Shown: positions 9,435-19,026 of the stretch, piece by piece
Numbering within the stretch: the stretch's first letter is position 1
How the letters are laid out: every line of letters starts with the position of its first letter
NCBI GenBank assembly: GCA_965217115.1
Contig: OZ244239.1
Location: forward strand, 448,001-512,000
Source of the DNA: Bdellovibrionales bacterium
Lineage (GTDB): Bacteria > Bdellovibrionota > Bdellovibrionia > Bdellovibrionales > CAYMLA01
Direction: 5' to 3'
DNA length: 64,000 nucleotides
The notes under the pieces: model-generated
What the model was told of the DNA's origin: nothing
Database searches by the model: none
What the model saw: the letters and a program-made list of their open reading frames with translations, nothing else
Position numbers and translations under genes: made by a program

Positions 9435-10547
9435 TTACAATGAATTTTTTGTTTTCTTGAGAGTAGAGTCTCCAAGCATAAGAGACATACCAAATAAAGG
9501 AGGCATTTCATTTGATTTTAAACTAGGGTTTACATCAAATCTCTTAATGTCACCACTTTCTAAGTCAAGCCATGCATTTTCAACTCTACTAGTTAAAATG
9601 TCTTGATTCATCTTAGTGACATGAAATTTATCTTTTAGAAAAGTTCTAATCTCATTTATCTGTAACCGGGAACCATTATTACCACCAATAAGTGTTACTT
9701 CAAGTTGATGGTCTTCTGGTTTATCTTCATTTGATCTAGTAAGCTCTCCACCAGCCTTTTTGAAATGATAACTCATCTCATATATTGACCTTCTTATATT
9801 TGCTCCAGCATCGACATGGGCCAAATAACCAACTTTATTTTTGCGATCATATATAGCAACAATAATACATGGACCTGCACCAAAGGTTTTTAAGCCTTTT
9901 ATATTGCTGTCTTTATCATATTTTCTAATTGCATACCCTCTCTGTAAAACTCCCAAAGCATTGTCACTGTCTTCAATAGTTCCTCTTTCAAAATTTTTTA
10001 CAGGAACAATGGAGTTTTCCAAAACTCTTTTTTTTCTTTCACTTTCTAAAAACCTTTCGTGACGTGCGAGATTATCTGGGTCACATTTGGGATCAATATT
10101 AAGAGTTTTTGCGAGCCTTTCAACTCCCTTTAAGCCTCTAACTAAGGAAATTGCTACCTGTGGTGACTCTCCTGTACCTCTAATTCGGATTATTCTTTTA
10201 ATTTTATTTGAAGCATCTAATTCCATATAGATAAGATTGTTCTCAACACCTTCTATTCTTAAGGCTGCACTAGGATAATTAAGATAAATTGATGTCTTTG
10301 GAGAATATGTGAGAGTAACACCGTTTTGATTAAAGATGTTAGAGAAGTTCTCTGTACTCACTAACTTAGGATCAACACCAAAAACTTCAAAAAAATCTTC
10401 ACCAATAACCGTTGAGTCTGCTTTTAGGAGATCTTGAACCATTCCTTTTGAAGAAGGTGTTTTGTCAGTAACCTCATAAAGAGACTGTCCTTGCGCGGTT
10501 AAAGATAAAATCAGGCAGATACTATAGGTTTTTATACGAACATTCAT
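9435..10547 (-). CDS. Exported protein with C-terminal CheD/CNF1-like Cys-His deamidase domain
   Basis: Signal peptide. KTFGAGPCIIVAIYDRKNKVGYLAHVD and VTLIGG resemble the CheD-type T.LGSC.....YD....G...H and GG motifs. Confidence 0.6.
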   Translation of the reverse strand: MNVRIKTYSICLILSLTAQGQSLYEVTDKTPSSKGMVQDLLKADSTVIGEDFFEVFGVDPKLVSTENFSNIFNQNGVTLTYSPKTSIYLNYPSAALRIEGVENNLIYMELDASNKIKRIIRIRGTGESPQVAISLVRGLKGVERLAKTLNIDPKCDPDNLARHERFLESERKKRVLENSIVPVKNFERGTIEDSDNALGVLQRGYAIRKYDKDSNIKGLKTFGAGPCIIVAIYDRKNKVGYLAHVDAGANIRRSIYEMSYHFKKAGGELTRSNEDKPEDHQLEVTLIGGNNGSRLQINEIRTFLKDKFHVTKMNQDILTSRVENAWLDLESGDIKRFDVNPSLKSNEMPPLFGMSLMLGDSTLKKTKNSL

Positions 10548-10553
10548 ATAGCA

Positions 10554-10580
10554 TTATCGACAAAAACTAACTTTTGTTTA
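10554..10580 (-). promoter_or_regulatory. Sigma28 (FliA)-type promoter
   Basis: Minus strand TAAA-N15-GTCGATAA (consensus TAAA-N15-GCCGATAA), ending 6 nt before ATG 10547. Confidence 0.6.
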
Positions 10581-11039
10581 AGTTGTAATGGCTTTTATTA
10601 AATTTATATTTTCAAGCACTTAGCATTATCAAAGTTCAATCTCTTCAAGACATTGGTCTAGGCCTTTTAATTCTGTTGGCTTCCTCAAAATAGCATGAGG
10701 TCGATAGCGATAGTTTTTCTTATCCGTAGCATTGATGCCACCGGCAAAAATAATTATGGCTGGAGATATAAAAATTTCTTCAAATGAAGACTTTGAAACA
10801 AAAGTCACAATAGAGCTTCCAAAGGCTGTCAAACCAACGTGGGCCAGTTCTGAGATTAACTTTGATGGGATAGAAAACAGTGTGATCTTAGACGATGACG
10901 AATCCAGGGCTACATATCGCTGAGAAGGTGTCTTGCAAGAATTCATACTATATAATATAGTTAGCAATGGCTTTCAATATCCAATTTTACAAAGACTAGT
11001 AAAAACGATAGACTTGAATCTTCTTCCAAAGGGAATTAT

Positions 11040-12767
11040 ATGAAACTTAAAAAAATTGAAATATTTCGTTTTAGAAAATTCTTTAAGCGAACAACAGTTG
11101 ATATAGCTAATTACACTGTACTTGTTGGCCCTAATAACGGCGGAAAATCAACAATTTGTGATGCATTAGAAATTTTTTTTAAAAACCTGGATCATTTTAC
11201 TGATAAAACAATAGTATCTACTGATTTTAGACGTCGCCTCAGAACTAGGTTCTCGAGAAGAGGTGAAACAAGAAGAGCACGCTATGACTCAATACTTGAT
11301 TACCCAGTCGAGCAGAAAAAAGGTCGTATTTGGCCATCTGCTTTTAAAGGTACTTTTACGTTAACAGAGAATGAAGTTAAGCACTTCAATTCAATAGAGT
11401 GTCAATTGTACGAAGATAATGAATTTGAAATTGAGTTTTCTTGGTGTTATAAAACAAATAGATTTTTTCCTAATATTCCTAAAGGAGTTGATGAAGATAA
11501 GTACATTGAAGGAGTTAAACTTGTTGCGCAATCATTCAAGTTAATTGTCATTCCTGCAGTAAGGGATCAGTCTAACCTTAATTATAATCTTGAAACTTTG
11601 TTTGAAGAGGCTATTGAATCTAGGTTAGAGAAAAGTAATCAACTAAAGAAAATAAACAAACAACTTCATAAATTAGTAGATCCACAAATTAAAAAATTAA
11701 ATAACACCTTAGAAAAATCAATCAAACAACTAATACCAGAAATTAGGAAAGTAGAAATTGATTGGACTCTAGATGTATTACCAAGAGCTGATCTTGGAAA
11801 AGTTATTGTTGATGATGGCCAAGAAACCCCTCTTTCTTTAAAAGGAGATGGCATCAAAAACCTTGTTCAAATGGCTCAACTTACAAACTTGGCGGAAAAA
11901 GTCGATGACAAAAAAGAGGACTTAAATAGAAGAACAAGAATATTTATAATCGAAGAACCTGAAAGTCATCTTAATTCATCTTACCTTCATCCTCTAAGAG
12001 AAAAATTAAAAATCCTTGCAAATAATGACCAATTACTAATTACAACCCATTCTCCTGTTTTTGTTGAAATGTATAATAGAAATTCAATCAGACTAGTAAA
12101 AGAAGGTAACGCTACCATCCCTAAAGCCAAAACGAATGTCGCAGAAGCATTGGGAATAAAAATACAAGAAAATCTACGTTCCAATTTGATTGCAATAATA
12201 ACTGAAAGCAAGAAAGATATCTTACTAATCAAAAAATCATTTGAAATATCTGAAGGAGGAAGAGAGATATTACAATCCATTGACTTTATTTCTGCGGAGG
12301 GAGCATCAAAGATAATAAATATGAAAAGCTCTATTGATACCCTATATGAACACATTTTTATTTTATTAGATAATGATCACGAAGGAAAAGAAGCATTAAA
12401 AAATTTAACAAAATTTGGCTCTTTAAAATCTAATATATTTATAACTCCAAAGAATGATGGTTATAAATCTAGTGAACTCGAAGACTTTTATCCAATGACC
12501 GAAATACAGGATATGATAAAAGTTGTTTTCAAAAGGGACTACGAATTAGATTCCTTAAAATCTTCAAAAAAATTAAAAAAAGCTAAATTTAGTACATGGA
12601 TTGAACATTTTTCTAATAAACATGGCCTACCAATTAGTAGCGCTGGCGCTTTTAAAGCAATTTTATATGAGAGGCTAGAGGAGAAAAAAAACCTTCAGAT
12701 AACCGGCGATGGTCTTCAGTTTTTCCAAACAATGCTTTCTTCAATAAGACAGGCCATTGGACGTTAG
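11040..12767 (+). CDS. OLD-family ATP-dependent nuclease (ABC ATPase + TOPRIM)
   Basis: Walker A GPNNGGKS, signature KGDG, Walker B IEEPESHL, TTHSP H-loop. TOPRIM ITESKKD, LDNDHEG, ELED. Confidence 0.85.
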   Translation: MKLKKIEIFRFRKFFKRTTVDIANYTVLVGPNNGGKSTICDALEIFFKNLDHFTDKTIVSTDFRRRLRTRFSRRGETRRARYDSILDYPVEQKKGRIWPSAFKGTFTLTENEVKHFNSIECQLYEDNEFEIEFSWCYKTNRFFPNIPKGVDEDKYIEGVKLVAQSFKLIVIPAVRDQSNLNYNLETLFEEAIESRLEKSNQLKKINKQLHKLVDPQIKKLNNTLEKSIKQLIPEIRKVEIDWTLDVLPRADLGKVIVDDGQETPLSLKGDGIKNLVQMAQLTNLAEKVDDKKEDLNRRTRIFIIEEPESHLNSSYLHPLREKLKILANNDQLLITTHSPVFVEMYNRNSIRLVKEGNATIPKAKTNVAEALGIKIQENLRSNLIAIITESKKDILLIKKSFEISEGGREILQSIDFISAEGASKIINMKSSIDTLYEHIFILLDNDHEGKEALKNLTKFGSLKSNIFITPKNDGYKSSELEDFYPMTEIQDMIKVVFKRDYELDSLKSSKKLKKAKFSTWIEHFSNKHGLPISSAGAFKAILYERLEEKKNLQITGDGLQFFQTMLSSIRQAIGR

Positions 12768-12819
12768 ATTTTTTTAGATAAAATTAACTTTGAACATGTA
12801 GCGATTATAGGTCATTATT

Positions 12820-13683
12820 ATGAATCACGAGAAACTCAAATTATCCTTAATAATATTTATCGAAAAAATTAATAGCGGAATTTTCTCATATGAAGATGTT
12901 GTTACATTTCTTTCTAGTATTCGTTTTGAAGATGAGGTCTTCTACAGAGGTATTAGTGCCAACAATAACTACCTACTAGACATTGCTCACATTGCAGCCC
13001 ATCAATTGAAAGACAGAGGACTCATAGTAAAAAAGCTAAAAGGATTTAAAATTATATCACAGTATATTGAAGAGGCTAATTTAAATAAAACAAAAAACTT
13101 AACTATTGATAAATTCCCCAAAGAAACATTTGAGTCTATATGTTTCATTTATAATGATGATTTGAAGAGTTACTACAAAAAACAAAATAATTTTTATCAT
13201 CTAAAACAAAAGAGATCGTACATAAGAAAGGCAAAACGCATTTTAAGAGATGTATTCTGTACATATGATATGCTCTATCCTCTTGTTTCAAGAGATGACT
13301 TATATGAAGACTTCATAAAGTGTTTGAATTTTTTTAGAGGGAAGCTATCTTTGCCTGAAATTAATAAGATCAACGAAAACAAAAAAAATGAACTTTTACT
13401 TTGTTTCTCTTATGTATTATTTAAATCGAAAATCTATGTAGGAGAGGGCGAAGAATATATAGAACCTGATTTTTCTATATCTAGTGGTAAATTAAATTTA
13501 ATGTGTAAATTGAATTTTGTTAAACATCCTATGATAAATATGACAGTAGGAAATGGAGTTGGACTATCAGCCTGTGTCATAAATTTAGGTATAGATGCTG
13601 AATCTGTGAATTTTGATCCCGATTTTGAAAATATAATAATCCAGCGAGATGATGACAATGATCTTGTTTTTAGAGATCTGTAA
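12820..13683 (+). CDS. Hypothetical protein downstream of OLD nuclease
   Basis: 287-aa ORF, co-oriented, 52 bp after the OLD gene. No signal peptide; DIAHIAAHQLKDRG motif. Confidence 0.65.
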   Translation: MNHEKLKLSLIIFIEKINSGIFSYEDVVTFLSSIRFEDEVFYRGISANNNYLLDIAHIAAHQLKDRGLIVKKLKGFKIISQYIEEANLNKTKNLTIDKFPKETFESICFIYNDDLKSYYKKQNNFYHLKQKRSYIRKAKRILRDVFCTYDMLYPLVSRDDLYEDFIKCLNFFRGKLSLPEINKINENKKNELLLCFSYVLFKSKIYVGEGEEYIEPDFSISSGKLNLMCKLNFVKHPMINMTVGNGVGLSACVINLGIDAESVNFDPDFENIIIQRDDDNDLVFRDL

Positions 13684-13726
13684 ATAAACAGATGTTTTAT
13701 TTACCAAAATATTTGTATATTTGGAA

Positions 13727-13795
13727 TAACTTATCAAATCTGTTTTATGAGCATCTACGGCTTTATTGACAAGATCTTGTGACATTCCGTAGATG
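13727..13795. repeat. 69-bp dyad-symmetric repeat, copy 2
   Basis: 63/69 identical to 6434-6502, same orientation. Confidence 0.85.
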
Positions 13796-13843
13796 TGTGT
13801 TTTCCAAGACAATTCTTTTGTAAGCACGAATGACCTAATGCAA

Positions 13844-14758
13844 CTACTGCACAGCCCCACTGGGTTCTTCTGGTGATTGAAGACTTCCCTCTTGTCTCTG
13901 GTCGAGGGCTCTTTTAGCTATTTTATGGCAGCCATTGGATCTTTTGCTATAACAATTGCCTTTTGCATAGTAGGCCTGACTATCACCACTATTGATAGAT
14001 ACACCTGTTTTTGCTCCAACGGGGCAGATAACAGTCGATGAGTTTTCTCCAAGCCCTCCTAGAGTGGCTAAACAATAACCAGCGTCCACCTTACCCACTT
14101 GAGTCCTAGGGTCCCCTGCACGATCACCCATTTCCATAAAGCGTTTATCACAGTCCAAAATTCTTGCAGGCTCAGATTTTTCGAATAAATACTTCCCGCA
14201 GTAATTCCTCCTTCTAGAAGGTTTCCTATCCCCACTTCCTGCACCCATAAAGCACTTTGCTACAGCCTGAGCTTCTTCCTTTGTTAAGTTTCTCTCCTTG
14301 GCGAAAAGGGTTCCTATGATCGATCTCTCTTTAGTCATATCAATATGACAGGCGTACATGGCGTAATCCTGTAAAGTCTTCTCCATAACCTCTACTTTTT
14401 GAAATATAAACTTCCCCCCTTTACTAACCATAATCTCTAGACCATTCTCGCAAGAGGCTTGGGTGATTTTTCCTTTAACTCCCTTTAGAACCCAACTAAC
14501 AACACCATTACTCACTTTTTTTATTAAACGGCCATTGTTATATTCTATTTTATTTATATAGTTGCCTTCCTCCTTCCGTGGATACTCCCCAAGACCACAC
14601 ATCTTTCCTTGGACATCAGTCACCCAACTCCATGGAAGCCCCTTTAATTTGATTTCAAATATTTCAGGATCTCGCATTTTATCTAGGACACCACTCATCT
14701 GGTTCCCATAGGATTGATTGACTAATATTAAACATAGAATCAATAACAGATTTTTCAT
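13844..14758 (-). CDS. Exported Cys-rich hypothetical protein
   Basis: GAGGGGAG RBS, MKNLLLILCLILVNQSYG signal peptide, multiple Cys residues. Confidence 0.7.
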   Translation of the reverse strand: MKNLLLILCLILVNQSYGNQMSGVLDKMRDPEIFEIKLKGLPWSWVTDVQGKMCGLGEYPRKEEGNYINKIEYNNGRLIKKVSNGVVSWVLKGVKGKITQASCENGLEIMVSKGGKFIFQKVEVMEKTLQDYAMYACHIDMTKERSIIGTLFAKERNLTKEEAQAVAKCFMGAGSGDRKPSRRRNYCGKYLFEKSEPARILDCDKRFMEMGDRAGDPRTQVGKVDAGYCLATLGGLGENSSTVICPVGAKTGVSINSGDSQAYYAKGNCYSKRSNGCHKIAKRALDQRQEGSLQSPEEPSGAVQ

Positions 14759-14981
14759 TTCTCCCCTCAATCAAGTCACCCATAGACAAATCGGAATAAT
14801 TGAGAAAAATCTATAATTTTACACAGGCCTCTTATTGTCAGAACTTCTGCAAAGAGAGAGACGAATAAATTCACCTGTCTTATTTTCAAATAAAACCCCG
14901 TCCTTAGTTTAGGTAAAATGAGCTTAATTTTAGTTTCGCGGGGAGAATTCCGATACACTAACTAGCCGCTAAGGAGTTTGT

Positions 14982-15380
14982 ATGCAAATAGTTTTACTTT
15001 CCCTATTTAGCTTGATTTTTATTTCCTGCACTGGAGTGAAGGAAAAAGTCACATCTACAACGGTGCAAAAAAGAACTATCGCCCATACGCAAATAAATCG
15101 ACGCATGCAGGTCTTAGTAGCTCTTTCAAGGTTAGTCCTTAGGGCTGATATAGGTGAGAGAAGAAATATTACGGGCCTTATAAATAATTTATCAGCTGAC
15201 TTGATCACAATCAGAAAAGGGGGCGTCGTTAAAACAAGGCCTATTATTCCGTCGAATTTTATTAAGAATTGTCCCGGCCCAGGCTGTCCTTCGCCCAGCA
15301 CTGTTAGCGGTAAAAATTGGACCCTAAAAGATTATAAAACTCATTTACAACTTTATAATCTGGGTGTGGCCTACCACTAG
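14982..15380 (+). CDS. Putative lipoprotein
   Basis: AAGGAG RBS; hydrophobic leader ending FISC (lipobox-like). Possible sigma28-like TTAG-N15-TCCGATAC at 14930-14956. Confidence 0.6.
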   Translation: MQIVLLSLFSLIFISCTGVKEKVTSTTVQKRTIAHTQINRRMQVLVALSRLVLRADIGERRNITGLINNLSADLITIRKGGVVKTRPIIPSNFIKNCPGPGCPSPSTVSGKNWTLKDYKTHLQLYNLGVAYH

Positions 15381-15457
15381 GTAAGTCACCCATTATAATT
15401 TCCCCTGGGATTTAGCTTTTTTTTCTATTAAAGCTAAAAGCCCTTGCCACCCCTGCC

Positions 15458-16255
15458 TTAAAAATCAAGGCTCGGTGTTAAGAAAAAATTAGTTTTCATT
15501 TGATTGGGGGTGTCAGTGTCACATTCTCTTTTAAATTTTTCAGCTCTTTTTCTTAGCTCGCCATGATCTCTTGGGTCAATTCTTTCCAAGGCTTCCTTTA
15601 AGCTTTGATCTACGCTGTTTTTGCAAAGAGCTCTGGCTTCATCATCTTGAGAGGTGGACGACATGGCCAGGGTTTCTTCGTCACAAACGGGGCTTTGATT
15701 TTGGTCTAGACGGCCATCGTAAAGAGCTAAAACATTATAAACCTCTGCCTTATAAAGCCCTATCCCATGAAGCTCTACCCCATCTGTCTCGTCACTAATA
15801 ATCATAGGGGTAAAGCTAATTTGGCAGATTTCATCATTGTTTAATAATTTAACCGTCGCTTCGCCGGTCTCTCCGTCAGGGTGTAAAATAGTGGCGATGA
15901 ATGTTTGATTTACATTCTCTGAAAAATAAACCTGTTCTATATCTAGACCGGGGCAATCGATTAAATTTTCTCTGTCGTCAAAACAGTTTACAGCTTCTGG
16001 GTATTTAAAAAAATGAGATCTTAAAGGGAGGCTCCTATTTATATCGTGATCATCATGGAAATAGAGAGTTTGTCCACCTAGCCGTTGAAACATTTTTTGA
16101 CAATCAATATTGGATTTCCCTTCTCTATCTAAACTCCGCACAGGAAAATTGACTCTCCCCTCTCCCATAGGGCGACACTGTGTGCTGTTGGAGGAGACAG
16201 CCAGTGCAGAAGGGCTCTGCAACAATATAATTAAGCCGAGTATAAATAATTCCAT
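15458..16255 (-). CDS. Exported hypothetical protein
   Basis: GGAG RBS before ATG 16255; signal peptide ending SALA; several Cys residues. Confidence 0.65.
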   Translation of the reverse strand: MELFILGLIILLQSPSALAVSSNSTQCRPMGEGRVNFPVRSLDREGKSNIDCQKMFQRLGGQTLYFHDDHDINRSLPLRSHFFKYPEAVNCFDDRENLIDCPGLDIEQVYFSENVNQTFIATILHPDGETGEATVKLLNNDEICQISFTPMIISDETDGVELHGIGLYKAEVYNVLALYDGRLDQNQSPVCDEETLAMSSTSQDDEARALCKNSVDQSLKEALERIDPRDHGELRKRAEKFKRECDTDTPNQMKTNFFLTPSLDF

Positions 16256-16570
16256 AGACTCTCCCAGCACTGTCTGTAACACGAACGCGGGCAGGTTAGC
16301 AGAGAGACATCAGAATATGTAAAATTTACTCCCCATAATAGCATCAGCCCCTTGATGATCGATAATTCAATGCAAGGGGCCTCTCGGGTCTCCACGGTGC
16401 ATCTTTACTTTAATTACATTCCTAAATTGCTTCGACATCCAAAATATTTCGTGTTGACCAAATCCAAATTGCAGGGGAAAATAAAAGTCTCAAACCATTT
16501 AAAATGGCTTCCGTAGAACGGAGCTATCTCGTAAAGGTGGCTTGATTTTCCAGGGGATTGAAATAGGCCT

Positions 16571-17137
16571 ATGAAAGTGTCGGGACTTCTTTCGAAAAAT
16601 AAGGCATGGGCTTTTGAAAAAACAGAGGCAGATGCAAGCTTTTTTACAAAGCTCTCTCAAGAACAAAAACCGTCTATTTTTTGGATCGGATGCTGCGACT
16701 CACGAGTGCTTCCTGGAGAACTCTTTGATTTTTCTTTAGGAGAGGTGTTTATGCACACCAATATTGCAAATCAAGTGGACATGAATGATTTAAATCTAAT
16801 GAGCGCTTTAGATTATTCAGTCAATGTCCTTGGGGTTGAGCATATTATCATTTGTGGCCATACTTGTTGTGGCGGGGTTCAATCGGCAATTGATGACAAT
16901 GTCTCTGATGTCCTGGGTGAATGGCTTAAACCCCTCAGAGAGCTCTATAGAGAAAATAAAGGATTAAACAGCCAGACTCTCAGTGCATTAAATATCAAGA
17001 GACAGGTTGAAAAAATATCCAACTGTGAACTGATACAGAGTTCTTGGAAAAAAAGAAAAGCCCCCCAAGTCCATGGTTGGATGTTTCAATTAGAAGATGG
17101 GATTGTTAGAGAAATTTGTTCTTCTTCTAGTTTCTAA
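16571..17137 (+). CDS. can: Beta-class carbonic anhydrase
   Basis: WIGCCDSRV, NIANQV and GHTCCGGV zinc-binding motifs. Confidence 0.92.
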   Translation: MKVSGLLSKNKAWAFEKTEADASFFTKLSQEQKPSIFWIGCCDSRVLPGELFDFSLGEVFMHTNIANQVDMNDLNLMSALDYSVNVLGVEHIIICGHTCCGGVQSAIDDNVSDVLGEWLKPLRELYRENKGLNSQTLSALNIKRQVEKISNCELIQSSWKKRKAPQVHGWMFQLEDGIVREICSSSSF

Positions 17138-17199
17138 ATTCACTCCGTCTCAAATGCCCCCAAATATTAAAGACACGCTCATTACACTTTTATTGATTC

Positions 17200-17229
17200 T
17201 TGACATAACCCTTTGAGGTAGGGTACAAT
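17200..17229 (+). promoter_or_regulatory. Sigma70-type promoter with internal dyad, upstream of the metal efflux operon
   Basis: TTGACA-N18-TACAAT with an ACCCT-N7-AGGGT dyad at 17208-17224. ATG 17237 is 7 nt after the -10 element. Confidence 0.65.
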
Positions 17230-17236
17230 ACTATCA

Positions 17237-17671
17237 ATGAAACTTCTCGTGATCTCGATTTTGTTTTTTTTAAATGGGCAACTTTTTGCTGGTTCCTGCT
17301 TGCCCGGCTGTATGGATAATGGGCCTCAGGCTAGCGGAGTTCAGGGGAAGCACTCCCAAGTCAAATCAGACTCTTCAGAGCATAACTGCTGCCCTAGCCC
17401 TGAGAAAAAAACATCGCCGAGCAATCAGCATTGCAAAATGAACAGTTGCATCAGCTCAAAGGCTCCTGATAATTCCACACTGAATTCTCAAATTGAGATC
17501 GTCACAAAACAACCTACGCCTGAGATCTTTTCCAAACTCACTGTTGATACCCCTTTAAAGGAACTCACTGTAAGAGCATTCCCATCAACTCACTTAAATA
17601 CAAATCACAGGCCTATCAAGGTCCCTCTTTACATCTATTTTCAAAAGCTTCTTATTTATTCTATTGCCTAA
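17237..17671 (+). CDS. Cys/His-rich exported protein preceding the Cus-type operon
   Basis: Signal peptide; CLPGC, HNCC and HCKMNSC; C-terminal PLYIYFQKLLI of the kind seen in small genes upstream of heavy-metal RND operons. Confidence 0.65.
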   Translation: MKLLVISILFFLNGQLFAGSCLPGCMDNGPQASGVQGKHSQVKSDSSEHNCCPSPEKKTSPSNQHCKMNSCISSKAPDNSTLNSQIEIVTKQPTPEIFSKLTVDTPLKELTVRAFPSTHLNTNHRPIKVPLYIYFQKLLIYSIA

Positions 17672-17739
17672 ATTGAATTGCCAACGGCTTAGAACCAATG
17701 GGTTCTAGCTATCAGCATGAAACAATTTAGGAGGATGGA

Positions 17740-19026
17740 GTGAAATTAAATTCAAGATCTCATGCTGCACCAGTGGCATTATTAACAGGGGTGCTGCTCG
17801 CAACACTGATTGTTCAAGGCAGTTTTGCACGGACAACTAAACCTAAATCCATAACAGAGATTCTCGATCTCGCCTATCGAAATAACCCATCCATTGCGGC
17901 CGCCGCACACGCTGTTGATGCTGAGAAATCCTTAATCACATCCATGGCCACTCCAAATGATCCCGTTATTGGAGTCTCAACACTCGATCGCAATGTCAGA
18001 ACACGGTATGCAACGATCAATCAAAAGCTAAGGTTCCCCATAAAGTACTACCTTCAGGCTAAAGCCCAGAGCAGTAAGGCTAAGAGCACTCAATCAAAGT
18101 TAAATATGGCAAAGCTCAAAGTTCGAGAAAAAATCACCTCCCTGTACTACTCAATTTATTCAGCTCAGAAAATTATTCAACTCACCGAAACCCATACGCA
18201 GGCTGTGAAAGGATTTGCACGGGTGGCTGAAAAAAAATATGCCGCAGGAAAATCTCCACAGAGAGACTCTATGAAAGCACACTTTGAATTAACCAGATTA
18301 GAGCTGGATCTCATACGCTTAAAACAACAGGAGCAAACTCTGCAGGATAAACTAAAATCTGTTCTCAATGATTCATCATTTGATCGTCTTAACTTAAACA
18401 ATAGTGTGCTTCCTACTCCAAAGCTCATTGCAAATGATATTTCTAATTCAGAGGGACTCTCCGCCCTAAAAAGAAAATTTCCAAAGATAATAGAACAAAC
18501 TCATTTGTTAAGAGAAACTGAGTATAAAAGCTCTCTTGCTCATTGGGAGTATCTTCCTGATTTACAACTCCAATATCAACAACGAGTCTCAGGAGAGCCA
18601 GAAGATTCAAAAATTTACTCCATTGGCATAACCATTCCACTATGGTTTTGGAAAAAAAGCTCTGAAGCCTCCATTGCCTCATCAAGAAGAATGGTTCAAA
18701 AATCCTATCTCGCAAGCATAACCCAGGAGGTTACTGCCAAAGTAAAAGAGCTCAATGGAAAAGTTCAGGTTGGAGTAAAAACTTTAAATATTTATAAAAC
18801 AAGTCTTATTCCTCTAGCACAGGGGGCCTACAATTCAACTCGTGCAGCCTATCGTGCCAACAAAACATCTTTCTTAGATCTTCTCGATAGCAAAAGATCA
18901 CTCTATCGAGTCAAAATAAATTTCTATCAATCACTGCAACTATACGTTGAGAGTTTAAGCCAATTAGAAACACGTCTAGGCTTTACAGCTTCAACTTTTG
19001 AAATTAAAAATGGGGTGCCAAAATGA
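17740..19026 (+). CDS. TolC-family outer membrane efflux protein (CusC-like)
   Basis: NNPSI, YAAGKS, SIGITIPLW and SFLDLLD motifs; first gene of the RND triplet. Confidence 0.85.
   Translation: MKLNSRSHAAPVALLTGVLLATLIVQGSFARTTKPKSITEILDLAYRNNPSIAAAAHAVDAEKSLITSMATPNDPVIGVSTLDRNVRTRYATINQKLRFPIKYYLQAKAQSSKAKSTQSKLNMAKLKVREKITSLYYSIYSAQKIIQLTETHTQAVKGFARVAEKKYAAGKSPQRDSMKAHFELTRLELDLIRLKQQEQTLQDKLKSVLNDSSFDRLNLNNSVLPTPKLIANDISNSEGLSALKRKFPKIIEQTHLLRETEYKSSLAHWEYLPDLQLQYQQRVSGEPEDSKIYSIGITIPLWFWKKSSEASIASSRRMVQKSYLASITQEVTAKVKELNGKVQVGVKTLNIYKTSLIPLAQGAYNSTRAAYRANKTSFLDLLDSKRSLYRVKINFYQSLQLYVESLSQLETRLGFTASTFEIKNGVPK

Noticed and set aside
10629..10967. Receiver-domain-like ORF or remnant
   Set aside because: Only a weak KP-type hint; overlapping short ORFs on both strands and no convincing start.
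11040..13683. Gabija or retron-associated OLD
   Set aside because: The downstream gene has no helicase motifs, and no reverse transcriptase is in the window.
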